This document shows positions 1 through 9,014 of a stretch of 64,000 bases of DNA, piece after piece. How positions within the stretch are numbered: position 1 is the stretch's first letter; each line of letters opens with the position of its first letter. The stretch lies in the NCBI GenBank assembly GCA_965214835.1, contig CBDCCK010000002.1, positions 3,040,001-3,104,000 of the forward strand, written 5' to 3'. A program made the translations under genes and the position numbers. The stretch is from Nitrosopumilaceae archaeon (GTDB lineage Archaea > Thermoproteota > Nitrososphaeria > Nitrososphaerales > Nitrosopumilaceae). The notes beneath the pieces were generated by a model that saw only the letters and a list, made by a program, of their open reading frames with translations, had not been told where the DNA came from and made no database searches.

Positions 1-532
1 GCAAGTTGTCCTCGTCTTCTGAGAACAGGGGGCCTTCTGTGTGCTTTTTGGCAAGCTTCGTAAACCGGTCATATATGTAGTCAAACTGGCGGAGGTTCAT
101 CGACGTGGTGGGCTGCAGGGACCCGCCACCGATTATGTCATCGAGCACCTCGAGCCTGTGCATGAGGGCGGCGTTGTCCGCGGAGCGCCTGTCGTCATCC
201 CAGGTTGCGGGCCACATCCGGCGCTCGGCGTCCAGCTGCTGTTCCAGCTGCCCTATCCTCTCCTGATCCCGCTCCTGCCTCCTGCCGTCCTGCCTGCTCT
301 TCTTCTCGTACTCTCTGATCTCCTTCCTGTACTGCATCCTCTCCGTCCTGTCCCGCGCCTTCTCCTTCCTGTCCTGCCTGCTCTTCTTCTCGTGCCTCTT
401 GATCCTCTTCTCATACTTCTTGATCTTCTTTTTGTCCCGCACCTTCTCCTTCCTGTCCTGTACCTTCTCCTTCTCGTACTGCTCGATTCTCTTCTTCAGC
501 AGTCGTATCTGCTCGGTCTCGGACTTTGCCAT
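1..532 (-). CDS. Probable transposase (IS5/ISL2-like, DDE_Tnp_4-type), 5' part only, with long charged coiled-coil N-terminus; runs off the window start
   Basis: Not in ORF track. Manual translation from ATG 532: MAKSETEQIRLLKKRIEQYEKEK...QPTTSMNLRQFDYIYDRFTKL..., open to position 1. A TIR-like end TTACGCATAAGGTCTA lies upstream at 695-710 and is shared with the MITE at 1871-3019. Confidence 0.55.
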   Translation of the reverse strand, partial: MAKSETEQIRLLKKRIEQYEKEKVQDRKEKVRDKKKIKKYEKRIKRHEKKSRQDRKEKARDRTERMQYRKEIREYEKKSRQDGRRQERDQERIGQLEQQLDAERRMWPATWDDDRRSADNAALMHRLEVLDDIIGGGSLQPTTSMNLRQFDYIYDRFTKLAKKHTEGPLFSEDEDNL

Positions 533-737
533 TACTCTTATGCGAGAATGGATCCCGGATCTAAATCAATCGTCTGAAAATAGTTGTGGTTTTGATCAAA
601 TATTTTCAACGTTGTAAGGTACAGTCGCGCGTGCGCCGGCCCTGACTTGCCTCATTTGTAGCCCGTGCGCCGGGGGCATCGCCGCTAATTTCGTTTACGC
701 ATAAGGTCTATTATCTAAAATGTTATACTGTCAGTAG

Positions 738-812
738 GTGAAGTCAGCCCAGCAGATCCCGGGATTGCCAGAGGCAATAACGCCTGCGAAGTACAATCAA
801 CGGCAACTTCAC
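738..812 (-). ncRNA. Putative structured ncRNA immediately 3' of the DUF3800-like gene
   Basis: Minus strand: outer stem GUGAAGUUG/UGACUUCAC, inner GCAGG/UCUGC, hairpin AUUGCC-UCU-GGCAAU. Plus-strand C-A mismatches become G-U pairs on the minus strand. GC-rich island in AT-rich DNA, 12 nt after the stop codon. Confidence 0.5.
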
Positions 813-824
813 TTTTTGATAATA

Positions 825-1807
825 TCAAGAAAATTTCCAAAAATAGCACTTGGCAACTTTCTCTGAAGTTTTGGATTTTAACTTATTGTGAAATTCCCAT
901 GGAGTCAATAATGAACTGTTTCTATCAATAATTTGCTGTTTTAGAGCACCACAAATAATATCTGCAATTTGAATTGGTTCTGATTCATGCGAATCTTTTA
1001 AGACATATAATGGATCAAAAGAATTTCCATCAGCTAAAATTTTCACAAATTGTTTTACAATTTTAATGGGAGTCAATGGCTGAAAATCTGAATCACAATG
1101 GATGGGAATTTCGTTTGATAGTTTGAATAACTCTTTTCTAAGCAGTAATCTTTCATTACTTTTGTAATCATAATTTGTAAACCAACCATCAATCAATTTA
1201 ATAAATACGTCAACAAGTTTTTCATCATTATTTTTCAATGCATTAGTTTTGATCATTAGAACCATGGAACAGGAAATCTTTAGAAGGCATTCAAGTTTTT
1301 TTGAAACTTCTTGTCTACATTCAGGATTTAATTTGTTCCATTTGAATTCATCCTTATGACTCTTCCTTGCTTTTGGAACAGAAAGAATCCTCTCCAAGTA
1401 ATGATATCCAGCTGAGTGATTATCAAAAAATACAATGCATACAAATGTATCTTTCTCATTACTACTGGTATCAATCCCTACAGATGAATTACTAAGAAAT
1501 GGAACAAGAAAAATATCTTCTCCAACGGAATATTGTTTAACCTTTCTTTCATTGAAACTTTTGTCAATCCACCCTTTGTTTTTCGATACAATTCACTCTT
1601 AGCTGTTTTCTTAAAATCCAAAGTCAAAAATTCGATAAACAGTCTGTTCATTTGAGTTTTTGGGCCGAATTCAGGGGACGACCTCAAAAAGTCATATTTC
1701 AACAATATTGTTGGTTCTAAAGTAAATTCCTTAGCGTCTATTACCTGATTTCCACCTAAAAATGAGCATCTTACTAGTTCAGTAAAAAGTTCATAAGACG
1801 TTACCAT
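825..1807 (-). pseudogene. DUF3800-like protein (~327 aa when repaired), split by a 1-nt frameshift
   Basis: ORFs 1478-1807 and 825-1397 join if the A5 run at 1579-1583 is A6 (...ELYRKNKGWIDKSF...SSVGIDTSS...). Carries a GIDTS N-motif and C-terminal DSHESEPIQIADIICG (QxAD) motif typical of DUF3800. Strongly AT-rich relative to neighbours. Confidence 0.6.
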
Positions 1808-1904
1808 CGCCTCATGTATAAACCCAGACTAGATAAATCGCGCGACCATTTTTCCTCGGAGATAATAGAATAGACTTTATGCGTAATCTATTCAGATCTA
1901 GGAT

Positions 1905-2955
1905 TGTGTTATATGAAAATTAGGTTCGTTAGTCATTGATGTCCCTCTCCATCCATTTTGGGTCTTTTTTTCTGATCGCTTCTGTAGCCTCCCTTGCCAA
2001 AAAGGCCTGCAGTGGCGTCTCACACTTGTCGATATCCAGTGCAGTGCAGCCTGCGCTCGTTATAGTACTCCACGTATGCAGCCAGGCTCTCATAGTGGTG
2101 GATTTCCTTCTCTATGCTGCCGTGCAACCGTTCCAGCTTGCCGTTGGTCTCCGGATGGTACGGCCTGGAGTTTATCAGCCCGATGCCCCGGTCCAGCAGC
2201 TCGGCCTCAAATGCAGTCGGCTTCCACGTCCCCTTTGGCATGTTCTTCTTGCTACGGCCGCCGTTGAAGCACCTGCCGTTGTCAGACAGTATGGTAGCCG
2301 GCGTGCCAAATCTGTCTATGGCATCCCTGAGTGTTATCACCACGTTTTCTGATGTGGCCTCGGCAAACGTCCGTGCCGCCATGATACATCTGGATGAATC
2401 GTCCAAAAACGTGACTAATTTGAGCCCTCTCAGGCGTGGATCCTTCATATCGTGCCAGTCCACGTGCCACATTGCGTTGGAGTACTTGCGCTCATAGCGT
2501 AGCCACTTGCGCTGTCCGGATCTTGCAGCAGACTTTGAGACCAGCTTGTTCTCACTCATTATCCTGTATACAGAGTTGTAGCTTATATTCAATTCCTCCC
2601 TTGCACGCCTGGCCGTGCGCACCACACCGATGTCCTGCTCGGCGTACAGGCGAAGTACCGTCCGAACCTCATCGCTTGAGGGCGGCGGCGATGCTGGCCT
2701 GCCGGGACTCTTTTGCACGTGTATTACGCCGGTTCTTTCGAACTCGGCGCACAGTCTGCCCACGTACTGGGGCGTCACCTTCAGCTCCTCTGCTATTGCC
2801 TTGAGCGTCCTGCCCTTCTTACGCTGTCTTGTGGCGTATCTTATCTGTCGCTCTGTCAGTGCTTTCTTTTTCGTCGTTTTTCTTGATCGGTAAAGGGTAA
2901 AGTATTCCTTGGCTTTTCTCAAAATCTTAGGCGAACCTAATTTCCATATAAGACA
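1905..2955 (-). mobile_element. IS481-family (IS1202-like) element with 24-bp TIRs and a 16-bp target duplication
   Basis: TIRs TGTGTTATATGAAAATTAGGTTCG / rc TGTCTTATATGGAAATTAGGTTCG; direct repeat TATTCAGATCTAGGAT at 1889-1904 and 2956-2971. Confidence 0.9.
2020..2922 (-). CDS. IS481-family rve/DDE transposase, frameshifted near the C-terminus
   Basis: HTH plus WHVDW, ILSDNG and HPETNGKLER motifs. The C-terminal LDID..ETP..KDPKWME seen in the 61866 copy continues in another frame. Confidence 0.9.
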   Translation of the reverse strand: MRKAKEYFTLYRSRKTTKKKALTERQIRYATRQRKKGRTLKAIAEELKVTPQYVGRLCAEFERTGVIHVQKSPGRPASPPPSSDEVRTVLRLYAEQDIGVVRTARRAREELNISYNSVYRIMSENKLVSKSAARSGQRKWLRYERKYSNAMWHVDWHDMKDPRLRGLKLVTFLDDSSRCIMAARTFAEATSENVVITLRDAIDRFGTPATILSDNGRCFNGGRSKKNMPKGTWKPTAFEAELLDRGIGLINSRPYHPETNGKLERLHGSIEKEIHHYESLAAYVEYYNERRLHCTGYRQV

Positions 2956-3264
2956 TATTCAGATCTAGGATTATTACGAACAAATTCATCTCATTCAGGT
3001 CGATTACGCATAAGGTCTAATAACCAAAATCTTTAGGCATAAAACTTCAAACAGCAATCGTTTGTACAACATCAGGCCCTGTTTATACCGCAGTCTTCCC
3101 ACATGTACACGACTCGTGGCGGTGCAGGAGGCGACGCGCGGATCTGCAGGCAGCTTGGTTTGAGCTGTTTCAAGTTTTAGAATCGCTTTATGGGTTACTT
3201 TTGGGAAGACTGACGCAGCTAAAAAGTACCCCGGCTAGGCAGAAAATCAAGGAATTTAGATAAC

Positions 3265-3372
3265 GTTTTTGAGGCACATGTGGCCGCGATCGTACGCCTT
3301 GGGCGGATCTAATTTCTGTACAAGACAGACGCAAACGATCAGCGACACGCTTATGAAAGTCCTCCTGTGATT
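3265..3372 (+). repeat. ~110-bp direct repeat, copy 1 (IS481-like end plus upstream region of the SNF2 gene)
   Basis: Near-identical to 7386-7498 (a few substitutions and one ~5-bp indel). Contains GGCGGATCTAATTTCTGTACAAGACA, similar to the IS481 ends at 2931-2955 and 20360-20386. Confidence 0.85.
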
Positions 3373-3379
3373 CCCCCAC

Positions 3380-6300
3380 ATGACTATCCTGCACGCGTGT
3401 CAGATGGGTGACCACATGGCGCTGTGGGGCGAGTTGGTCGACGGCCCGGCACGCAGATCTACACGTAGCGGCAGGCATCCACACTCCATGTACACGCGGA
3501 GCATAATCAGCGCGCTCTGGCCGCGCGCGGACCGGGAAGGCATGTACCGGTATTATGGCAGTGGGTACATATGGCTCCCGAGCAGCGGAGGCGAACCGCT
3601 CCCATCCGGCAGCGCCGCCGGACGGCCGCGATCAGGTGCTGGGATCAGCCTCATGCAGTGGTATATAGACACGCTGGATATTCCCTGGGACAACGCCATG
3701 TGGATACTCTCGGAGGTTGCGCGCAACCGGGATGCCATAGCAGGCATGACCGTCGGCCCAGATCTGGCATATTGGTCTGAGGTCATGAGCTTTGCAGGGT
3801 ACCTGGTGGCGCGCCAGCGATTCCTGCCGGATCTGGTCGCCGGCAAGAGCAGTTTTGCCGCCTCGTGGGTTCCCGTGTTTTCAGGTGGTGATGAAAGGCG
3901 GCATGCCGCCTTGGCCAGGGCCATGCCTGCCGCCGCCCGCGCACTGAGCAGTAGCCCGAATGACAAGCCCTCCGAGCCGGCCACCTCGATCCTCAAGAGG
4001 GCAATAACGGTGATGATCAACGGCATGGTGCGTCGGGCCGCGTGGGCCGCGGCGCCAAGCAGACACATGAGACGGATGAGATCTACAAGCATATATGACG
4101 AATGGCTGGACGGCCTGAGAACGGGAAGCGGCTACATGGATACCTCGACGGACGCGGCCAATCTTGAGACAATGGTACGCAAGTGGAGATCGGACACGGC
4201 TCCCGCGGATCCGCCGCTGAGGCTCTGCCTCCGGCTAGAGGAGTCCAGAAAGACTGCAGGAGGTCACGGGCCGTGGTTCATCAGGTATCTAGTGCAGCCA
4301 CACAGGGATCCAGAGGTCACCATTCCTGCCTGCAGGATATGGAACGGCAAGGCCAAAATCGCCGGGCTGGACGGCACGCGCGCAAGGCAGCTCCTGCTTG
4401 AGTCGCTGGGACGCGTCTCCAAGATCGTCTCTGGAATGTCTGATGGCCTCGGGGCGCACGGGGTCAGGGGACACACGGTGGACGTGGCCGGGGCGTACAG
4501 ATTCCTCAGCTCTGAGGCACCAGTCCTCGAACAGCTCGGATACGGCATCATGACGCCGCAGTGGTGGTCAAGCGGCCGTACAAGGACCAACATCTCAATG
4601 CGGGCAGAGGCGAGAACCGCGGCGCGAGGCGGCGGCATGCTGGATATGCGCTCCATAGTCAGGTTCGACTGGAAGCTGGCCCTCGGGAACCAGCGGATCA
4701 CGCTTGCGCAGCTGCAGAAGCTTGCCATGGAGAAGAGGCCGCTGGTCAGGGTGCATGGCCGATGGGTCGACACGGGATCCGGCCAGCTCCGGCGGGCCGC
4801 TGACTTTGTAAAGAGAAACAAGACGATGTCGGTTCGCGACTACATAGCGACGGGGCTCGGCGCGGGCGACGCGTCCTGGGGGCAAGAGATAGACGTGTCA
4901 GGCCGCGACGTCCGGATCGGGGGCATGATCAGGCTGCTGCGCGGGAGCAAGACCATGGAGGAGCTGCCGCAGCCTGGCGGGTTTGCCGGGACGCTGCGGC
5001 CGTACCAAGCCCGCGGCTACTCGTGGCTGTCGTTCCTGCGTGAGGCCGGCCTGGGCGGGTGCCTGGCAGACGACATGGGGCTTGGCAAGACTATCCAGGT
5101 GCTCGCGCTGATCCGGCGGCACATCTCAGACGGCGGACGGCCGGCACTCGTCGTCTGTCCCACATCAGTCATGGACAACTGGAAGAAAGAGGCCTCCCGG
5201 TTTGTCCCGGGGCTGTCTGTCATGATCCACCACGGCGCGAGCCGCAAGAGTGGAGGCGCGTTTGCAAGGGAGGTCAAAAAACACGACGTCGTGATAACCA
5301 GCTACGGGCTGGTACGACGCGATGCCGGATCCGTCGGACTAGAGCCGTGGGGCGGGGTGGTGCTTGACGAGGCACAGAACATCAAAAATCCCGACGCAAG
5401 ACAGGCGCGCGCAGTCAGGACGCTTGACGCAGGCTTCAAATTCGCGCTGACAGGAACGCCCGTTGAGAACAGCGTCGGCGACCTCTGGTCGATAATGGAG
5501 TTTCTCAACCCCGGGCTGCTCGGTACCCGGGCCGGCTTTAGGCGCAGGTTTCTCGTCCCCATACAGAAGGAGCACGACACGGAGGCGGCCGGGACGCTCA
5601 GGAGGATAGTCGGCCCCTTCATGCTGCGCAGGCTCAAGACAGACAGGTCGGTGATCTCGGATCTGCCAGAAAAGATGGAGTTCAGCGTGTACTGCTCGCT
5701 GACCCGCGAGCAGGCCTCCCTGTATGCCGCAGTACTCTCGGATTTGGAGGAGAGGATGCGCGATGCAGGCGGCATACGACGAAAGGGCCTGATACTGGCA
5801 GCACTGACCAAACTCAAGCAGGCCTGCAACCACCCGGCGCACCTGCTCAAGGACGGCTCGGCCATACCGGACAGGTCCGGCAAGCTTGCAAGGCTGACGG
5901 ATATGCTCGGCGAGATCATAGAGTCAGGCGAGCAGGCACTCGTGTTCACCCAGTTCGTCGAGATGGGCGAGATCCTACAGCGGCACATACGCGAGACGTC
6001 GGGCCGCGAGGTGCTGTTCTTGCACGGCGGGGTGCCTCGAAGGCAGCGCGATGCCCTGGTGGAGCGGTTCCAGGAGGGGGGTGCCAGCGTACTCGTGGCA
6101 TCCCTCAAGGCAGGCGGCACGGGCCTCAACCTGACGGCGGCAAGCCACGTGTTCCACTTTGACAGGTGGTGGAACCCCGCCGTCGAGAACCAGGCAACCG
6201 ACAGGGCCTTCCGCATAGGACAAAAGCGCAACGTACAGGTGCACAAGATGATATGCTCTGGCACGCTGGAGGAGAGGATAGACGAGCTGATGCGCCACAA

Positions 6301-6412
6301 GCAGAAGATATCAGACGAGGTCGTCGGAACCGGCGAGGGCTGGCTGACAAAGCTCTCAGACAGGGACATCCGCGAGGTGCTGGCCCTGAGTACGGAGGCA
6401 GTCAGGATATGA
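3380..6412 (+). CDS. SNF2/SWI2-family ATPase/helicase (Sso1653/HelZ-like, with DUF3670-type region)
   Basis: LRPYQ, LADDMGLGKT, LDEAQNIKN, LTGTPVEN, SLKAGGTGLNLT and QATDRAFRIGQ motifs; 1010 aa. Confidence 0.95.
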   Translation: MTILHACQMGDHMALWGELVDGPARRSTRSGRHPHSMYTRSIISALWPRADREGMYRYYGSGYIWLPSSGGEPLPSGSAAGRPRSGAGISLMQWYIDTLDIPWDNAMWILSEVARNRDAIAGMTVGPDLAYWSEVMSFAGYLVARQRFLPDLVAGKSSFAASWVPVFSGGDERRHAALARAMPAAARALSSSPNDKPSEPATSILKRAITVMINGMVRRAAWAAAPSRHMRRMRSTSIYDEWLDGLRTGSGYMDTSTDAANLETMVRKWRSDTAPADPPLRLCLRLEESRKTAGGHGPWFIRYLVQPHRDPEVTIPACRIWNGKAKIAGLDGTRARQLLLESLGRVSKIVSGMSDGLGAHGVRGHTVDVAGAYRFLSSEAPVLEQLGYGIMTPQWWSSGRTRTNISMRAEARTAARGGGMLDMRSIVRFDWKLALGNQRITLAQLQKLAMEKRPLVRVHGRWVDTGSGQLRRAADFVKRNKTMSVRDYIATGLGAGDASWGQEIDVSGRDVRIGGMIRLLRGSKTMEELPQPGGFAGTLRPYQARGYSWLSFLREAGLGGCLADDMGLGKTIQVLALIRRHISDGGRPALVVCPTSVMDNWKKEASRFVPGLSVMIHHGASRKSGGAFAREVKKHDVVITSYGLVRRDAGSVGLEPWGGVVLDEAQNIKNPDARQARAVRTLDAGFKFALTGTPVENSVGDLWSIMEFLNPGLLGTRAGFRRRFLVPIQKEHDTEAAGTLRRIVGPFMLRRLKTDRSVISDLPEKMEFSVYCSLTREQASLYAAVLSDLEERMRDAGGIRRKGLILAALTKLKQACNHPAHLLKDGSAIPDRSGKLARLTDMLGEIIESGEQALVFTQFVEMGEILQRHIRETSGREVLFLHGGVPRRQRDALVERFQEGGASVLVASLKAGGTGLNLTAASHVFHFDRWWNPAVENQATDRAFRIGQKRNVQVHKMICSGTLEERIDELMRHKQKISDEVVGTGEGWLTKLSDRDIREVLALSTEAVRI

Positions 6413-7329
6413 GCAGGTACGGAGGACGGGGATGGGTGTGGACATCGGATCCCAAGCTCAGGGATCATCAGGACATGGCCCAGCAGAGCCGGGGTGCGGC
6501 ATCCCGGATGGCGGTGTCCAGGAGGGTTCGCGGCATGAAATACACGTGGTGGGTCGATCGCCTGATCGGCATGCCCAGTACCTTTCAAAGTCGTGCCTCC
6601 ACAAGCCACGGCAGAAAGTACGTGGTGGATAGAAAGGCAAGAATGGCATACATGCGCAAGGGCGAGGTGCGCGTGGGCGTACAGGTGGCCAACGGATACA
6701 TCTACTGGGTGGACATACGGATCGACACGGTGGACGAGTCCGGACTGAAGGCACTGGCCGCGGCGCTCCTGGCGAGGCCTGCTGCGGCCTCAAAGATTGC
6801 CTCAGGCCAGATGCCCGATGACATCGAGAAGGTGTTCGCGGCAGCCGGCCTGCGCCTGCTTCCGGGCAAGGCCGATTCCACGGTAAGGTGCATGTGCGGC
6901 CGCCTGCCCGGGCCGTGCGTCCATGTGGGGGCGGCCGTCTTCCTGCTTGCCGACAGGCTAGAGCGCAATCCGTTCCTAATATTCAGGCTGCGCGGATTCG
7001 AGAGGGATGACCTGCTGAGGGCTGCCGGCCTCAAGCCTGTGCACAAGACAGGATCCAAAAGCAGGAGGCAGCACAAGGCCGAGCCACTTCCCGCCGATCC
7101 TGACGCCTTCTGGGGCGCCGATCACGTCACCCACAACCAATGGGACGCGTCGATCCCGGCGACACATGCAGTCCTGCCCAAGCATCTGGGCGGGTTTCCG
7201 TTCTGGAGGGGAGAGGAGGATTTTGTCGGTGCCATGGAGCACATATACAGCATGGCCTCTCAGGAGGGCATGAGGGTGCTCCGGGGCGAGATCGATCTTC
7301 AGAGGTATATGCCCTCGCCCTATGACTGA
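6409..7329 (+). CDS. SWIM zinc-finger protein, partner of the SNF2 helicase
   Basis: ATGA overlap with the SNF2 stop; CMC-x6-CVH SWIM motif followed by NPFLIFRLRG. Confidence 0.85.
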   Translation: MSRYGGRGWVWTSDPKLRDHQDMAQQSRGAASRMAVSRRVRGMKYTWWVDRLIGMPSTFQSRASTSHGRKYVVDRKARMAYMRKGEVRVGVQVANGYIYWVDIRIDTVDESGLKALAAALLARPAAASKIASGQMPDDIEKVFAAAGLRLLPGKADSTVRCMCGRLPGPCVHVGAAVFLLADRLERNPFLIFRLRGFERDDLLRAAGLKPVHKTGSKSRRQHKAEPLPADPDAFWGADHVTHNQWDASIPATHAVLPKHLGGFPFWRGEEDFVGAMEHIYSMASQEGMRVLRGEIDLQRYMPSPYD

Positions 7330-7385
7330 TCCCTTCCGGGGTAGTTTGTTTGCATTGCCGTTTATTCTGGCACCATCTGAACTTT

Positions 7386-7498
7386 GTTTTTGAGACACAT
7401 GTGGCTGCGATCGTACGCCTTGTCTTAGGCGGATCTAATTTCTGTGCAAGACAGACGCAAACGATCAGCGACACGCTTATGAGAGTCCTCCTGTGATT
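7386..7498 (+). repeat. ~110-bp direct repeat, copy 2
   Basis: Matches 3265-3372 and ends exactly where the MITE at 7499 begins. Confidence 0.85.
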
Positions 7499-7627
7499 GG
7501 GGCTGTCGCCTAATCCCGCTTGTTTAACTCAATCTGCACGTTTTTCTGAATTTCCGCCCTTTTGCACGCCTGATCATATGGCACCTCAACGGCTTTCGGG
7601 GATTCTAGCGAATTAGGCGACAACCCC
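7499..7627. mobile_element. 129-bp MITE (TIR GGGGTTGTCGCCTAATTC), no target duplication
   Basis: Inverted homologue of 37735-37863, same length; flanks CCTGTGATT/AGTCATAGA differ. Confidence 0.8.
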
Positions 7628-7822
7628 AGTCATAGAATATTGTATGGGTGGGCCTCAATCACGGATAGGGGAGACCTCAAATTCGACGAACTGACGATCC
7701 AAAGAAAAGGCGGTGACGGCGGAAAGCCAACTGCCCAGATGCTACAGTTCAACTTCTCACCTAGGGGACTTTTCGACATACGGGGAACAGACATCATTGA
7801 GAGAAGAAGAATTCAGGTATGA
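7628..7822 (+). pseudogene. C-terminal fragment of a HinP1I-like type II restriction endonuclease
   Basis: GDLKFDELTIQRKGGDGGKPTAQMLQFNFSP resembles the QRKGGDGG..A.MLQF C-terminal motif of the R.HinP1I family; 5' end cut by the MITE. Confidence 0.6.
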
Positions 7823-7917
7823 TAATTTCAGAGAAGATCCACATTTCAGGTCTCGAAGATTACACAGAACCCTCACAAGTAGGAATTATAAGCATCTGGG
7901 AGCTAGTTTCCGGTGTA

Positions 7918-9012
7918 TTGTCTGGCAGCTCAATCGGTAAAAGACTGGTCTTAACAAGCTTTGGCGAGAGCCACGGAAGGTGCATAGGAGCTGTCCTAGA
8001 CGGATGTCCTGCCGGCCTGGAACTAGGGGAGGAGGACATTCAAGGGATGCTGGACTATAGAAGGCCGGGACAGTCCGGGATCACGACGCAGAGAAAGGAG
8101 GGCGACATGGTGGAGATCATCTCGGGTGTCTTCAGGGGCCGTACGACGGGGGCCCCCATCACCATGATAGTCTGGAACAAGGATCAGCACTCAAAGGACT
8201 ATGACGAGCTCAAAAGAAAGCTGAGGCCCGGACACTCGGACTATCCGGCCATGGTAAAGTACGGCGGATACAACGACATCCGCGGGGGAGGCAGGTTCTC
8301 TGGAAGGCTTACAGCAACCCACGTAATGGGGGGCGCAGTCGCAAGAAAGCTCCTCAGGGTCACGCTGGGAATCGAGACCAACTCGTATACTGCGCAAATA
8401 GGCAAGGTTGCAATGTCAGGACAGCCCACAAAGAAGATGGTATCATCAGTCTATTCAAACGACGTCAGGTGTCCGGATGAAAAGACCGCGGGAAAAATGA
8501 AGGCTGCAATCCTGGCTGCAAGAAAAGGGGGGGACTCGCTGGGAGGGATAATCGAGTCGGTGACGACCGGCGTTCCGGTCGGGATCGGAGAGCCGATATT
8601 TGGCTCCCTGGAATCGGAACTGAGCAGGGCCATGTTCTCAATCCCGTCAGTCAAGGGAGTGGAGTTTGGCTCGGGCTTTGCAGGCTCGAGCCTGTACGGC
8701 TCGCAAAATAATGATTTGTACGTAATAAAAGGTGGGAAGATCCAGACTAGGACTAACAACTCAGGGGGAATCCTAGGCGGGGTATCAAACGGGATGCCGA
8801 TTACGATGCGGGTGGCATTCAAGCCGGCCTCGTCTATTGCAAAGCCGCAAAAGACCATAGACATCAAGACCAAAAAGGCCGCAACCCTCGCAGTCAAGGG
8901 CAGGCACGATCCGTGCGTGGTGCCAAGGGCTCCCCCGGTCGTAGACTCGCTTGTCTCGCTTGTCCTTGCCGACCAGGCGCTGATTGGCGGCCTTATCAGG
9001 CCGGTTCTCTAG
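7918..9012 (+). CDS. aroC: Chorismate synthase
   Basis: TSFGESHG, RPGHSD, GGGRFSGR and GRHDPCV motifs. Start placed at TTG 7918, ~25 nt after the TATA-like ATTATAAG. Confidence 0.97.
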   Translation: MSGSSIGKRLVLTSFGESHGRCIGAVLDGCPAGLELGEEDIQGMLDYRRPGQSGITTQRKEGDMVEIISGVFRGRTTGAPITMIVWNKDQHSKDYDELKRKLRPGHSDYPAMVKYGGYNDIRGGGRFSGRLTATHVMGGAVARKLLRVTLGIETNSYTAQIGKVAMSGQPTKKMVSSVYSNDVRCPDEKTAGKMKAAILAARKGGDSLGGIIESVTTGVPVGIGEPIFGSLESELSRAMFSIPSVKGVEFGSGFAGSSLYGSQNNDLYVIKGGKIQTRTNNSGGILGGVSNGMPITMRVAFKPASSIAKPQKTIDIKTKKAATLAVKGRHDPCVVPRAPPVVDSLVSLVLADQALIGGLIRPVL

Positions 9013-9014
9013 GC

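Larger units (their letters stand above)
1871..3019. mobile_element. ~82-bp MITE (18-bp TIR TAGACYTTATGCGTAATC) interrupted by an IS481-like element
   Basis: TAGACTTTATGCGTAATC at 1871-1888 and GATTACGCATAAGGTCTA at 3002-3019; same end sequence at 695-710. Confidence 0.75.

Noticed and set aside
41-577. 178-aa Leu/Pro-rich plus-strand ORF
   Set aside because: Antisense shadow of the charged coiled-coil ORF on the minus strand.
5302-6609. 435-aa minus-strand ORF, and similar long shadow ORFs (34636-35964, 48583-49872, 60458-61363)
   Set aside because: Antisense to well-supported genes in GC-rich DNA, with no recognisable motifs.
7819-7917. N-terminal extension of AroC in the ORF track
   Set aside because: Homology starts at SGSSIG and a TATA-like box lies inside the extension. 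Similar over-extended starts apply to 8913, 6166, 13393, 22115, 31888 and 35330.
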